From contig NW_027191411.1 in NCBI RefSeq assembly GCF_041146345.1, forward strand, positions 1,240,001 through 1,304,000: DNA of 64,000 nucleotides, written 5' to 3'. The DNA comes from Neodothiora populina. Lineage: Eukaryota. The notes below the pieces were generated by a model that was not told the DNA's origin, made no database searches, and was given only the letters and a program-made list of their open reading frames with translations. The translations under genes were made by a program, and so were the position numbers. How positions within the stretch are numbered: position 1 is the first letter of the stretch; each line of letters starts with the position of its first letter. Below are positions 1-13,227 of the stretch, in pieces.

Positions 1-1
1 C

Positions 2-1849
2 ATAGTCACTGCAGTCGCACAAAAGAAAAGCCCATCATGTCGTGTTTCGGATCGAGACATACAAATCAATGATGCGAGAGTGGTCGTCGCGCGAGATGAG
101 GCATTGACAGGCACAGCCTCTTATGTTTCGAATGGATCAGAATCAACATCGGGTGTAGATCCTGCGAGCAGTACGGCTTCTAGTCAGAATGGCGCGGTTT
201 CTTCGATTTCTGTGAATGGAACCATCAATTCTCATGCTCTGTCATGCTATTCGGCACGAAAAACATGGCGCAGCTCTTCTCTCGAATGGCAGTCGACGGC
301 CATCGGCGACAAGAGCTTTTCGACGACAGTGACTTCTACAACGATGCAATTCGCCACCACTACGACGGCCACAATATATCCATTAAGCGTGTCGACGTAC
401 AAGCTATGCGACGGAAGTCCCCGGGTAGACGTTATCCCGATCACTATTACTTCGTCGTTCAACTGGACGTCGAGTTTCTACACCACTCTGACTCCCGCAC
501 TCCCTACTTTCAGCCCGCCACCATGTACCATGAATCCGACGGATTGCATGTATCTATATTACAACACTAGTTTGACGCCTGATGACATTACACTCCTTGG
601 CGCCTGTGGCTCCCCTGCACATCTATATCGACCATGTCTCATCGGAGGAGGGCCCGTCAAACTCGCCTATTTTCCAGTAACCGAGGTCGATGGTGACCTA
701 TGTGGAACTCGTGGCCGAACACTCACTCCCACGAATGGTCCCACTACGCTCAAAGCGTTAGGGACGACACTGACGACGGGATCTGTCTACCTTTCTTTCG
801 AGACACTTTTTGCATATCAAGACGGCTTTGGAATGCGCATTGGACCTACTTTCACTAATTTTATTATGCCCCTACCATCAGATGCCATTTCCACCCAATG
901 CGGCGGGTGGTTCTCCGCGAGAGGTACAGGCACAGCAGTCAATTGGGCCGACTTCAATTATCCCGTTCCCGCCAGTGCTTATTCTTGCGCGAATCGCTGC
1001 ACGTCCGAACTTACGCTCACCAATATGAATGGCACTGGATTCCCTTTCACGCCACCGGCAGAATGCGAGACGATCTGGGGCGATTTTAACCCTGCTCTCG
1101 CCGTTCCAACACAGGTCCGTAATATGGTACTTGAATGGGCGACGTGTTCATTCTGGGACGACGTCCTTCCTAATTTTCTTTTCGACCCGCCAATGGCTCT
1201 GCGTCCTGCAGACACTGCTGCGACAGCTACTCTGCCTGGCTCAGAGCCTTCCGGAACCACCACATCCGCATCCCCTGCTCGGACAAGTCAAATATCGCCC
1301 TCGGCGACCACGTCCGCAGACACAAGTCAAGTGTCTGTAAGGCCTGTCAACACACTTTCCACACACGCTCTCGCAATCACGTTCACTGCAGCAGGCGCTT
1401 TGTTTACTGCCTCTGCGGCAGTCGGCGCCGCAGCACACAACGCGTTTGTCATCGACGGTGCTACTGTCCAAGTCGGTGGGGAGCCACAAGTCGTGGACGG
1501 CCACACCATAAGCGCGGCCCTGAATGATTTCATCGTCGACGGCAGCAGTGCAGTCACTTTCTACTCGCCTCCTGTTGACCCAAGCACGACTACGCGTTCA
1601 GTGAACGACGGATCGAGTAGTGGTGCATCGCGCAGCGGTGGATCTTCTTCTCCACCGACTGTGATTAGCACAACAAGCTCGAGACCAGTCATAGACACAG
1701 CAGGCCCCGCAACAATGCAATCCTCGTCAACAACGACAACGACAACGAAAAGCAAAGCCGCAACGACAGCACCAACCTTCATACGCGGCATATCTTTCAT
1801 CTACTGGACAATCATTCTAGCAGTCGCTCTGACGATCAAGTCGTTGTGA
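2..1849 (+). CDS. Ser/Thr-rich, Cys-containing secreted or cell-wall protein, probably GPI-anchored (5'-partial)
   Basis: Frame is open from base 2 (IVTAVAQKK...), upstream of the tracked GTG. It has a Cys-rich globular region (..NWADFNYPVPASAYSC..DPPMAL), a long S/T stalk and a hydrophobic C-terminus (FIYWTIILAVALTIKSL). Confidence 0.75.
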   Translation: MVTAVAQKKSPSCRVSDRDIQINDARVVVARDEALTGTASYVSNGSESTSGVDPASSTASSQNGAVSSISVNGTINSHALSCYSARKTWRSSSLEWQSTAIGDKSFSTTVTSTTMQFATTTTATIYPLSVSTYKLCDGSPRVDVIPITITSSFNWTSSFYTTLTPALPTFSPPPCTMNPTDCMYLYYNTSLTPDDITLLGACGSPAHLYRPCLIGGGPVKLAYFPVTEVDGDLCGTRGRTLTPTNGPTTLKALGTTLTTGSVYLSFETLFAYQDGFGMRIGPTFTNFIMPLPSDAISTQCGGWFSARGTGTAVNWADFNYPVPASAYSCANRCTSELTLTNMNGTGFPFTPPAECETIWGDFNPALAVPTQVRNMVLEWATCSFWDDVLPNFLFDPPMALRPADTAATATLPGSEPSGTTTSASPARTSQISPSATTSADTSQVSVRPVNTLSTHALAITFTAAGALFTASAAVGAAAHNAFVIDGATVQVGGEPQVVDGHTISAALNDFIVDGSSAVTFYSPPVDPSTTTRSVNDGSSSGASRSGGSSSPPTVISTTSSRPVIDTAGPATMQSSSTTTTTTKSKAATTAPTFIRGISFIYWTIILAVALTIKSL

Positions 1850-2758
1850 CAAGCTGGCTTTGTCACATGAAAATACTCTTGTACGTCAAACACTATAATT
1901 CCATTCATTGGGCAAGGAGTTTTGTTTTTCTGCGGGGATGCGAACGGAGCATTTAGCAGATACATGGGGCTAAAATGGGTTTGGTTATCTGATGCATCTA
2001 CGTGGATTTTGGGGGCCCAGGTGTACTGCTATGCAAGTACTTCATTCGCATATTTATATATATATGCTTTTTGTAAATCACATGAATCAAGATCAAAAGT
2101 TTTCTCAATTATCTTCTTCGTCTATGACACGATGTACATACATACACTTCACGCACTCATCCATTCGTTTGTTCCGTAGCGTCCTGTGAAGTTATTCAAG
2201 TTCGCTGTCCCTCTTACATTGGTCGATCTCACTTGCCTAACATACAAAGCAACAATATGAAAACATTGACTTGGAACTCGCATGATAAGAGCAGCGCAGA
2301 TAGCACCTCAACTTGGTTTTTGGTTTTTTTTTGCTTCGGTGCTCGGGGACTTTTTGGGACAGGGTCACCCTGGGTTCTGTCAGGCAAGATTATATCGACA
2401 GTCATATCTCCTCGATACTACAACGTGCGGTTTCAATTGTGGTGCAATGTGCAGTTGTAGAGAGATCAGAAGAACTCGAAGGGAGAAAAGGATATCATCA
2501 TGATCATTAATAGTAATCTCTATTCCGTATCCTGCCTGTGAGATAAGAAGCGAAGCGAGAAAAAACAGGCCGCAGAAAAGTAGCGATAACATATATCGAG
2601 AAGGGACAAAAACCCAACAAGTCAAAACCAAAAACAATAACGAATCCGCGACCGAAAAGCAAAAAGAAGGATAAATACTCCGTCGCTTAATGCAATAACA
2701 TGCCCAACCCAATCCTCTGGACCGAACCCCAAACTCCATGACTTTGAATAATGGCTTC

Positions 2759-5700
2759 CTAAACCTCCAATTCACAGGTCGGTGTGTCGCGCCCATCTCT
2801 TTTCGGCTCCTCTCCTCCTCCTGGCCCGTCGCGCTTCTCAGACGATCGTTTCATAACGCCGAGATCGAGAAGGCGGTCCCAGACGTGATCTCTTCTTGCG
2901 ATCTTGCTCTTGTCGTACGGTAAGCCGTCTACGCTGTCTAGTGCGCGACAGCTTTGGCTGAGCATGAGCTCGTAGACGCGGCGTGTGAGTTTTGCGTCTT
3001 CGTCGAGCCGGTCGCAGTGTTCTGCGTCTGCTACTCGGTCTGCTTGTGGAAGGCTGTAGGACTTTGCTGCGCTTGATTGGATGTGTGCTTCTGATCTGAT
3101 CTCTAGACTGCTGTTTAGTCCGGATGTCAGAACCAGACTTTGCTCGTTCGATGTTGCCTTCAGTGCCGCTGCTGTCGTTGTTGGTGGGTAGAATCCAAGA
3201 GTGATCGGATTCTCTCGTGCGTCAAAAGTACGGAGGTGCTGCATCCTAGACAATGTCGCCAGAGTTTTGCGAAGACGAGAGATGCGGTTGCCGGCAACGT
3301 TGAGTGTCTCGAGACGTGTGATGTTCAGCAGCGGACGTACATCCTTGAGCGCATTGAAGGAGAGATTGATCGCCCGCAAGTTCGGCATTTTGAGACCAAA
3401 GTCTGCAGGCAGCTCTTGCAGCCCACAGCAAGCGAGCTCGAGGTTCTGAATGCTGTGGAAAGAATGCTGAAGATCCAGGTGACCGATCGCATTCGAGGAC
3501 AAATTCAGGGATCGAGTATGCAGAACTTGCTCGAAAATAGACAGCTTTGTCGTATGCTGTCGACGCATGGACAAGGTATCAAGAGCATGTAGTCTATCCA
3601 AGCCGTCCACTGTCGACAGTCGATTCTCATCGACATTCAGATAACGCAGGGCTGCGAGGTTCGACACATCAAAGGAAGTGAGTTGATTACTCTGCACAGA
3701 TAAGAAAGCCAATTTCGAAGCAGGCGTGTTCGAAGCAAAGGTTTGTAGTTCATTATCATCTTGGTCAACTGTTAGCACGTTTGATTAAATTGTGACAACA
3801 TTTCAAACTTACCGAGGTTGAGACGGAAAAGAGATGGCAGAGACTCTGCCTGAGTGAAGGTGGTGAGTTGATTGCCGCTCAAGTCGACTTCCTCGAGTCT
3901 TTTGAGCTCGGAACCTTCAAAGTCCACGTTGTCGATGTTGTTGCATCGTACAGACAGCTTCAACAAGCCGTCAAGCCCCATGACACCATCTAGTGACGAA
4001 ATCTGGTTATCGTCCGCCCTGACTTCTCGTAAGTGAATCAGCATACTCAAGCCAGCCAGACTATCAATGGAATTGCTGGAGATGTCGAGATATTGTAAAT
4101 TCATCAAGTGACTCCACGCTGTCAGACTGCTAAGAGCATTAGAGCGGACATTGAGTCGTCTGATGGAAATTGGGGCGCCCTCGAGATGAGCAATGTTGTT
4201 GTTTGACAGATCAAGGTCCTCGAGGCGGGAACAGAAGTCTTCCAGATTGTGGACGGAGCCAAGGTCCCTCTCGCGCAAGCTCAATTTCTTGATGTCTTCC
4301 CAGTATGGCTCATCAGGCTCCACGTCGGTTAAAGTTTTGACCAAGCTCTGGACAGCCATGCCGTATCGGTCGGTGGAGGTGTGCTGCGCAACACGCTTTG
4401 CTAACATCTTCTCAGATGGACGCTCCGGATCCTCGTCATTCATTGTAAAGTCGGGAAGATCACTCAAATAGAAGGTTCCGTCGATGCGTGCAGGCGTAGA
4501 GGACGGCACGACAAGATCTTGACTGGGCGCCGCTCGCTTCGCGCTAGGCTGGCTGAGGTTGACAGAAACACTCATCAAGCGCTTGTCGGGCAGAGTAGCT
4601 ACGAATGACAATTCGCTTTGATCTTGCGTTGTCGTGTGAAGGCCGCGATTCAGTGTTTGTCGCCTAAGAGACATCGGTCGTGGACCTGGGTTATTCGCAG
4701 AGCCAGACGAGGAGGCAATCCAGGATGTCCGCTGACGTTGCTTTGGTGCCGGTATCTCTTCCGTCACAGACTCGCCGCTCTGTAGTGAATCATCCTCAGA
4801 GGGTTCGCTGTCCTCATCCACATGCTCAGGAATATCCGAGATGGGATGGGGCATGTTCGCATGAGCAAGATCAAGAAGCCCATGACCAGTCTGCGTCTTG
4901 CCACGATTGAGATTAGCGAGTTCTTCATTGCTCCATGACGTTGCTCGCGTATCAATTTGTGGTTGCTGCTGACTCGATCCGAATTGTTTGCTCGACCCAA
5001 ACACCGAGTATTTGGAAGGTGCTGAGCTGGAGTTGAAGGGTGGAGGAGCTTGGTTTTCTCTCGTCACAGGCCTAGGCGCGGCGGATTCACTCAACTTCTG
5101 GCGTGTGCCTTGACGACTTGGTGGGGCTTGCGGATGGTGGGCCTGATCATGAGTAGAGCGGCCATTGGAATTGGATCGACTTATGCGGTTCATCTCCTTC
5201 ATCTCGTCAACTGTAAGATCAGGGATGTCGTTGAAAGGATCGTCTTCGCTGGTGATGTTGCTAGGGTGCTCTGGAGAGACAGGAATCTCGCGATGAACTC
5301 TTTTCGCAGACTTGATCCTGACCCATTTCTGCTTCTCCCTGTCAAATGTCATCCCGCCGATTTCCTCAGGAATCAGATGCGCCACATTCTCTGGTGCAAG
5401 TGTTGCAACGTTATCCGATTTGCGAGTTGAGTGGGTGCCAATCGTGCGACTACTGGATGAGTCTAGCGACGGATTTGAGCCATGGGTCTTCGATGCCTTG
5501 CTTTTGTGACTGACATCTGATTCGCCTCGTGGTCTGCGAGTCTCTGGACGAGGCCCTCTAATTCTGATGTTTGACAGGGTATCAGCGAGCGCATCTTGAT
5601 CAGCATGGTTTTCGAGAGCGCCCATGTTCAAGGATCGTAATGATGATTCTACCAGGTCCAGCTCATCGTCGCTTTCTTGAAACTTGCGAAGCCGACTTGC

Positions 5701-8115
5701 AACCCTTGGGTCTTGCTGAGTGCGGCTACGAGGTCGCCACCCGCTATTACCTCCTTCTCGAGAAGGCGGACGGGATAATCGTAGAGGAGACGGAGACCTT
5801 GGCGCCACATTCTTCGGTAATAGGGTCTCCCCAAGAGCCTCTTCTGCTTCGGATTCTTCCAAGTTTCCGAGACCACTGTGCGGTCTACCCCGGGCTCGAA
5901 TCAATGACATGATATGCATCGCTTCGTCGAGGAAATCTTGAGTGGTTATTGACCGACTACGCTTGCCCTCGATCTCGGACTTGGACATTTGGAGTGTGAA
6001 TGCGGCCACCTCGGCAGCGACTGATTGCGCTTGCTCGGCAGTGAGAGATTCTTCTGGGATATCGGTCAGATCCAGTTTCTCTTTGACAGCTTCCAGTCTC
6101 GGAGAACTATCCAAGAAATGCATGGTCGCTTCATCGATCTCATGATGTACATGGCTATCTCTATCACGAGCGTTGTTTTCGCGACTCTGTCCTGGGGTTG
6201 GATTTCGCGGTCTGCTAAGACTGTCTTTCATACGCCTCCATGATCCAGCGTCCTCGTATGAGGCGGAACGACTACCGTCGGTACTTGCACCGGTAATTTT
6301 TACTTGGATCTCGGAGCCATGACCCAGACCGGGCATTGCACCACTTAGGGCTACGATAGTCCGTCTTCGTTTTGGAGTAGGGGCCTTGGATGGAGACGTG
6401 CGAGGTCTCTTGCCTTCAACACTTTCACCTCGCTCTCCTGTAGCGGCAGGAAAGGTCTGCTGGATGGAAGAATAGTCGGCTGAAAGCCGAGATCTCGCAG
6501 TGCTGCGTTTGGAGAGCTTTCTCTTCAGCTTCAGCGAGCTACGAGCCTCCATTTCGTCAAGGTGAAATCGGAACGGTTGCCTGCTACCCGGAGGCGCGAT
6601 ATCTGGAGGTGGTGAATTCTCGTAGAAGTCCTGCTCACTCAGATCCAGAGCGGTAGGAATGGAAAGGTCGGCCTCGAAGTCGTGGTCGTCGAGTTCACCC
6701 TCCCCGAAGCTGCTGAGACTTGGCATGATCTGGCGCTGTGTAGATTGAGAGCCTTCCCGGGGCTGAGAATGATGAGATCTCCGCGCCAGGTATGAGGAGC
6801 GAGAGGCGCGGCCCGACATGATGGCTGGGCTTCCAGGATTGTCGGGTGAAGCAGTATAGCTTCGAGCGCCGTTCCTAGATTCGGTCTCAACTGCCGAATC
6901 CATCATTCCCTCTCGATCCAAATCTTCCAATTGACTCATTCTACGCAAGAGCCTGTTGTTGGTGAAGGTGTCGTAATTTCCAAACAATTTTAATGGACTG
7001 GTCGATGGGCGAGTCTTGGGGGGACTCAAGGAAGGACTCAGCATACTGCTCTCATCTCGTTCGAGTGGAGTGGCAGATCTTTGCACGGGCGGAGGAGTTC
7101 CAGTCGGAAGATTGTCGGGCAAGGAGACATCAGGTACAGTCGGCATCTCACTGTTGTCGTCAAAAGTCCTGTCGTCGCGGTCTGAGGAGAAGCCCGATTG
7201 GTCAGGATCAGCAGGTGGAGGTAGCGAGACATTGCTCTCATCCAACATGTTCTCCGAGACATCGTGATCGACTGCGGCATAGTCGACGCGGCCGTCGACA
7301 GTTGTGTGTTTTGAAATGAAGACGGGACTGAAGCCTTCGCCCGAATAGTCAGTTTGTCCGCTAATGGTGCGATTGGCTGCCTGTTTGCAACTCGAGGGCT
7401 GCAGTAAGTGCTGATCCGCCGGTAGTTGGGCCGGAGATAGGACAGATGAATTCCTGCTACCGTCGATTGTGGATGGATATGGCGGAGGGCTTGAGGGTGG
7501 GATCATCTGCGGAGTGAAGAGCTTCCTGAACGATTGCAAGGGCGGCTGGGATGAGTTTGCTGTTGTGGGCCTTGAAGGGGACTGGAAAATGTTCTCCAAA
7601 CCGGAAGGTGCAAAGAGATCGGTCTGATCTCCATAGCCAAGCTCGCCATCAATCAGCCTCTTCTTCCACTCCTGCGGTTCTTGCTTTTCTGGCGAGTTGC
7701 TCTTGGACTTTCTCGCCACCGTATCATATCTGACTACAGAGCCAGCGGAAGCGCACGATTCAGAGGGCGAGACCGGTCGCGCCTTGCGGCTTACAGAATG
7801 TGTCGGGGAGGCGAAGCCGGGGGTGTTGTTGCTGATTTCCGTAAATGGAGCACGACGTCTGAGACTACCCGGCGCAGGATCTGAAGTAGAAGCGACGGAG
7901 TATGCGCCGCTGCTCCGTCGTGGGATGCGACTCGGCCGAGTGGATGTGGATTTGACGCGTGACTGAGAGGCTTCCGAGCCGGAAGGTGAAGTTGGGCCAG
8001 GGACGGGCGATGTCATAGATGAAGGCTGGAATGCTGCGGCTGTCTTTGCCACAGGCACAGGCTCGACCCAGTCCTCATCGAGGTCCTCAAGCCAGGGCGC
8101 AATCTGGTCCGGCAT
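2759..8115 (-). CDS. cdc11: Septation initiation network scaffold, Cdc11/Nud1/SepK-like leucine-rich repeat protein
   Basis: Exons 8115-3813 and 3759-2759; intron 3812-3760 (GTAAGT..GCTAAC..AAG) joins LNL-D-DNEL in frame. Long disordered N-terminus with a 'GGMTFDREKQKWV' motif, then many LxxLxLSxNxI LRRs at the C-terminus. Confidence 0.8.
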
Positions 8116-9306
8116 TTTGCGCTGTGCTGGTGTGGTGAAAGCTGTGCTGAGACACTAAAAGATGGCCTCACTCCGATGTCAACCACCTTCCGAGTTCAGG
8201 AAGAATGGCGGTAGAATCCTTGGAAGCGTTTTCGACGCCGAGCATGAGGTATGAGCCAAGTTGCTTGTATAGATTGAGGTCCTCGACGCTAGAGGCGACT
8301 CTGTATAGCAGCAAGGTGAAGCGTGGACCAGTTGCACAATATGGCGATGGCGTATATCGTGTGTATATCTTGTATAACGATACTTATCGCCCTGTGTTAT
8401 GATCTTACTGCCCGAAAGTAATGATTAACATGATGCGCATGCTCGTCAACAGCTTCGACATTCTGATCATCAACACATCAATGCGGAGGAAGAGTTGTAT
8501 ATAAAGATAGATCAAGAACAAACACAAGTGTGGTACGGAGCACAGTCTATCGAGATAGAAGCATGGACCCGGGCAATCATGACAATAACAACCCAGTGAC
8601 GGCGAACAAGCTCTCTTGCGCAAGAAGGCCCGTGTTTTCTTCTATCGCACGGGTCTAGCTTGCAATGATGGGTCTAACACTTGTGTTTTTGTGAGCTGTG
8701 GCTTTATTATTTGCGGAGTGACATTGCCGCTTGTTAGGAAAAGCTAGGAAATGCTACGAAATGCTACGAAAAGATGCACTTGTGCTGTGTCGACGTTGCG
8801 CCAAGCTTTGCCGGGGCAACCAGCGGGACCTGGCGTCTACAGCCATGGAAGCACCTTGTCCCATACATCCACCCAGAGAGCAAAGAGATACGAGATACGA
8901 GATCTTGCTTTTGACTGGGGATGTCCAAGGTGTACATCTAGTGCGGCGCTGTCTGGTCTAGTCAGTCATACTAGCTTGACACCAGAACCACAGGATTGGA
9001 GACATCCACATCATTGTCTCGACACTCAGCGCGCTACTGACTACGTCAAGATAGTCCTCTATAGTTCTTGTGGAGCTCAGTATACAACAGTGAGGTTGGC
9101 TGGATGACTTAGCAGAGTTTCAAAGACCTGGTTGAATAGGCGAGAAGGTACTGCATCCTGCTGCGAGTCGAGCTGGGCTCACTTGCACTCCACAACACCG
9201 TGTTTCCGACACCCTTACACTCAGCCGCTGGATCAGGCAATTGAAAGAATGCCTTTTGTGTGGACACGGCACCTCGTCATCGACCAGCTGGGCTTCACCG
9301 CCAGCA

Positions 9307-11988
9307 ATGTCCGCTCTCAATCAGAGGCAGCCGCGCCAACACCGCTTATGGTCCGGGATACGGTCGAGTAGCGCTCGTGATCATCATCGCAACATCGTTG
9401 ACTACCACCTTTGCCTCCACGTTGCGAGTGACCAGGATATATTGTTCCCCGGCTCCGGCGACGATTATGATGACACTACAAACAGTGACCGTCATCGAAG
9501 CAAGAGAAGACGAATCGAAACCTTAGCTAGCAGTTATTTGTCAGGCAAGCCTTTGTTTATTGCCTCGGCTGCATTGCGAGGTCCCTTCGGCACGAGGACT
9601 TCATCTTGCTCTGACAGATATGCTCACCATGTCATTGGATCCCCCATGTATCACGACTCGCTTTGCAGCACTGCATTGACTGAGCTTCGCACCGATATAC
9701 AAACTTGTGAGATTGACGAAACCGAGCACTTGCAGGAGGACGGAGAAGCATTACAACGAGCTAGGGAACCGGAGAAGCCGGTAGTACGAGCGCAAGTTAG
9801 AAAGGGTGGAGAAGCAAAAGTCCAAGATGTAAAAGTGCAGGCACCAGAGAAAGCGAAGGAGAGATCGTCGGCAGAGAAGCCAGTGCAAGAAGCGGCAGAT
9901 TTGGAACCGCAGGCCAGAGATGCGTCTCACAGCACAAATGATGATGATCAATCGACCGACCAATGGCATGCGTCGCAGCCATCTGCTTTCACTCCTATAA
10001 ACCGTCCGTCTATTGGTTCGCAACCTCGCCCTGTGACCCAGCATGATCCCACGCCTCGACATGTACCATCAGACAGCAACAATGCAATCGACGCGACTTC
10101 GTTCACACATTCAACACAAGCCTCGAAACGAAAAGGAAAACTGTCGCGGATATCTTCTGTGAAGGAACGCCAGAAGAATCGCTACATGGAGTCTGTCGTC
10201 ACCTCGTATGATTCTCCGTTGATGATAAGGAGGAAAGCATCGTCGCCAAAGCTTGGTGCTGCTCTCCAGGAGCAACAAACGTGCTCCTCAGAGAACAAGT
10301 CTGAAGAGAAGGCTAGGCCGCGAAAGGTCTCGTTCGGTTCCTCTGATGATCAACAAATGTCCCGATCGTTGCACAAACCGCCCGGACCAGTACCATTGGC
10401 CGAGCATGCCAACCAACCAAAGTCCTCTTCACAGCCACCCGCGAATCCGACAACTTCGAAAAGCAAGCTCCCACCTGCCATCGATATGTCCTTCGACCAA
10501 GGCTCTCTGGCCGTGCACTTTGATTTCATTGATCGTCATACCAACAGCCTGCTGCCTGCTTCACAAGCATCTCAGAGAAGAGTATCAGTTTCTGATCGCT
10601 TAAGGAAGGCGATGCGAAATTCAGGAGCCTCTTTCGTAAGTACGCCAGTATCAAAAGAAAACCAAGAGTCTCACACACCAACTCCAACTCCGCCAAGCCA
10701 GGATCGTTTGCCAATGGAGCCAAATGCGAACGGAAATGCCCTGGATAAGCAGCCGAATTCTAGTATCACGGAAAGAGATCCGAAGTCTTATTCTGACGAC
10801 TCTAAAAAAGCAGGAGAAGAAGCGGTTCCATACCTCAGTACTCAGGCAGCCATGGAAGAAGCTCACCGCGCACTTTTCGAAGCCTCTTCTCCGATCAAGT
10901 CGCAGGGACCGAACAGGCCCGAGCAGGACAACACCCCACAGACATTGCATCCCAAAAACAATCGCCGCAATACCATCACTCCTTTCAAGACGTTCAACGA
11001 CAAGGTCGGACTCGGGCCGGCAAGCCAGGGATCACCACTGCCAAACACGCAGGCTTTGTTCGAGGGCATGTCTCCTTTTCTATCCCCAGCAAGCTCTAAG
11101 CCTCTGAGTAGCAAACCGCGACAGAGCGGGAAACAAGCCACGTTCGCTCCCCACCCAGGACAAAGCCTCGATGATCCCGAAATTATCTTGTTTTCTAGTG
11201 GCTTAGATCTCAAAGCTCAAATGCAAATAAACAGCACAACTCGACCCATAGATGTGCCAGTCGCGGGCAGTAGCAAGAGCTCATCTCGGAATGAAGTTGG
11301 AAACAATGAGTCCCAAGTGCAGGTTTCTGAAGGTGCGAGAGACGAACCTACTGATCAGAGCGGGAACAATCACAGCGAAGCAGTCTCGACTGGGCCTCGG
11401 CTCGGGTCTGAGCCCGAGTCTCGAGAGTCTTCAGCTCCAAGTTCATCACCAGATTTCATACTTTCCCAGAGGCGTCCATCGTCACCACGAGACTCTACAC
11501 GCGAGCAGCGGTCGCACCAGCCGGAACAATCTGTGCGCTTGGTAGATATCATCCAAGACTTCAGGAGCTCTGGACAGTCCTTCCTCAATATGGATGATCT
11601 GTTCAACTTTGATGCTACCTCCAGTTCTGGAGTCCAACGCGCTTCATCGTCAGGCAGTCGACAGCGCAATAGACCTCCACCTTCTTCGCGACACTCAGTG
11701 GGGAGCTCGCTAGCGCGTCGGGCGTCCGGCCAGCGTGAACGAGCTCCAAAAAGATCGCTTCGGTCGAACATGTCATTATCGCAATCAGCCGTGCAAGCCT
11801 CTTCGATTCCAAGGACGACCGCGACGCAGTCACAACCGTACAGCTCTACTGCTATTTCTCCCTTCGAAGCTGCGCAGAGATTTGAGGAGATGGATCTTGA
11901 TAGCACGATTGATAACATTACAGATTCCGTACTCTCGTCATGGGATATAGAACACGCGATAAGGAGGCGTTTGGATGCCTCTACGTAA
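9307..11988 (+). CDS. Conserved fungal low-complexity hypothetical protein (type often mislabelled 'protamine P1')
   Basis: Uninterrupted ORF of about 890 aa with first ATG at 9307. N-terminal motif KRRRIETLASSYLSGKPLFIASAALRGPF; later motifs YLSTQAAM, ITPFKTFN and NTQALF. Confidence 0.7.
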   Translation: MSALNQRQPRQHRLWSGIRSSSARDHHRNIVDYHLCLHVASDQDILFPGSGDDYDDTTNSDRHRSKRRRIETLASSYLSGKPLFIASAALRGPFGTRTSSCSDRYAHHVIGSPMYHDSLCSTALTELRTDIQTCEIDETEHLQEDGEALQRAREPEKPVVRAQVRKGGEAKVQDVKVQAPEKAKERSSAEKPVQEAADLEPQARDASHSTNDDDQSTDQWHASQPSAFTPINRPSIGSQPRPVTQHDPTPRHVPSDSNNAIDATSFTHSTQASKRKGKLSRISSVKERQKNRYMESVVTSYDSPLMIRRKASSPKLGAALQEQQTCSSENKSEEKARPRKVSFGSSDDQQMSRSLHKPPGPVPLAEHANQPKSSSQPPANPTTSKSKLPPAIDMSFDQGSLAVHFDFIDRHTNSLLPASQASQRRVSVSDRLRKAMRNSGASFVSTPVSKENQESHTPTPTPPSQDRLPMEPNANGNALDKQPNSSITERDPKSYSDDSKKAGEEAVPYLSTQAAMEEAHRALFEASSPIKSQGPNRPEQDNTPQTLHPKNNRRNTITPFKTFNDKVGLGPASQGSPLPNTQALFEGMSPFLSPASSKPLSSKPRQSGKQATFAPHPGQSLDDPEIILFSSGLDLKAQMQINSTTRPIDVPVAGSSKSSSRNEVGNNESQVQVSEGARDEPTDQSGNNHSEAVSTGPRLGSEPESRESSAPSSSPDFILSQRRPSSPRDSTREQRSHQPEQSVRLVDIIQDFRSSGQSFLNMDDLFNFDATSSSGVQRASSSGSRQRNRPPPSSRHSVGSSLARRASGQRERAPKRSLRSNMSLSQSAVQASSIPRTTATQSQPYSSTAISPFEAAQRFEEMDLDSTIDNITDSVLSSWDIEHAIRRRLDAST

Positions 11989-13227
11989 CGTCGACAGCAC
12001 CGCCGGCCATAATTATAGACGAGCCCCAGTTCCCACAATCTTTTGTTGTGGTGAAGTACTTTCTTCGCGCGTATATAATACCCCTCTTGCATCTGTTTGT
12101 GTACTCGACATCAATAAAGTGGATAGGTAGTTATGCCTCATGGACTCATCATCAAGGTTGAAGAAGTGAACGTGCCGCAAAGATACTGTAACTTACCGCA
12201 TCCGGAAGGTTGTTGACGAACCCGCCGCAATTACGTACAGTAACTTCGGCATTACTCCTGAAACATGCACCCGGAAGAGCTCGAGGTGTTGATACTATGA
12301 TAGCGCAACGATTGCACTCTACCTTAGCTTTGCTTGCCATGCACGCTCGTCTGGATGAATATTGTCCACCACGACGAAAAGGTTGATAAGGTAGAGTGGC
12401 GCAATATCCCGCAGATTGTGCAATACCTTACAGTATCTAAAGGTAAGGTAGTAAGTGCTCGCGCCCCCCGCGTCACAAGGCATCGTAAACAGGTACCTAC
12501 CCAAGCAAAGTCGACCGCACCTGGTTTCGCCTTGTCAACGGCATCGAATACATGTAACATCGTTTTTGCTTCAGTTTCTCCTGACTTTCCGACCTTGGGG
12601 GCACAGCACGCCGTTTCTAACGACCACATTGACCTTCCTACAAGACCATGTGTGTCTGGAGTACTGTATATTCGGGCAGCGCGGGTGTGGAGTGAGTGCT
12701 CTTAGTCTCGGAGATCTTCTGATAGCCAGTTGTGTGCAGTCTATCTACCTCTTGTTTTTCCGATCGTCAAAGGAAAATACCCATTCTGGTAGGTGCTTTT
12801 TTTCGTTCGCGCAAGACTGAACGGCGATGCATATTATGGTTCCGATTTTGCTTTCTCCTACCTTTACTCCTAGGGAACATGGTTCTTGTATGTGGATAGA
12901 TGAAGACGGATCATTGGATCAAGCTTGCCGAATGCCTGCTCTCTTGCCTGCATGAAAGAATCAGAGCGCATTATATGCAGTGCGGTCGCTGGACGCGCGA
13001 GAAAACACTAAAAGGTAGATACAGACGATTACTTGGTCTCGCCTATATATAGAGCAAAGAGGTTCAGACCACCCAGGTTGAAGTTCAGAGATCTGGTTAC
13101 TCTTCTTTTTCTTTCTCGTGTTCCCTCGCAAACACACATTTCAGTCGCGGCGTAGGTGAATTGTTGCTGCTGCTGTTTTCTGGTTCCGCCAGCAAATAAG
13201 AAGTCGCTTTCGTTCTCTTCACTCAAG

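Noticed and set aside
3760..3771. Alternative in-frame CAG acceptor in the cdc11 intron, adding 3 aa
   Set aside because: It abuts the branch point (CTAACAG), so it is too close to be the likely acceptor.
8750..8903. Short tandem duplications (AATGCTACGA x2, GAGATAC x2-3) in the divergent promoter
   Set aside because: These are ordinary slippage repeats with no spacer structure, and not CRISPR-like.
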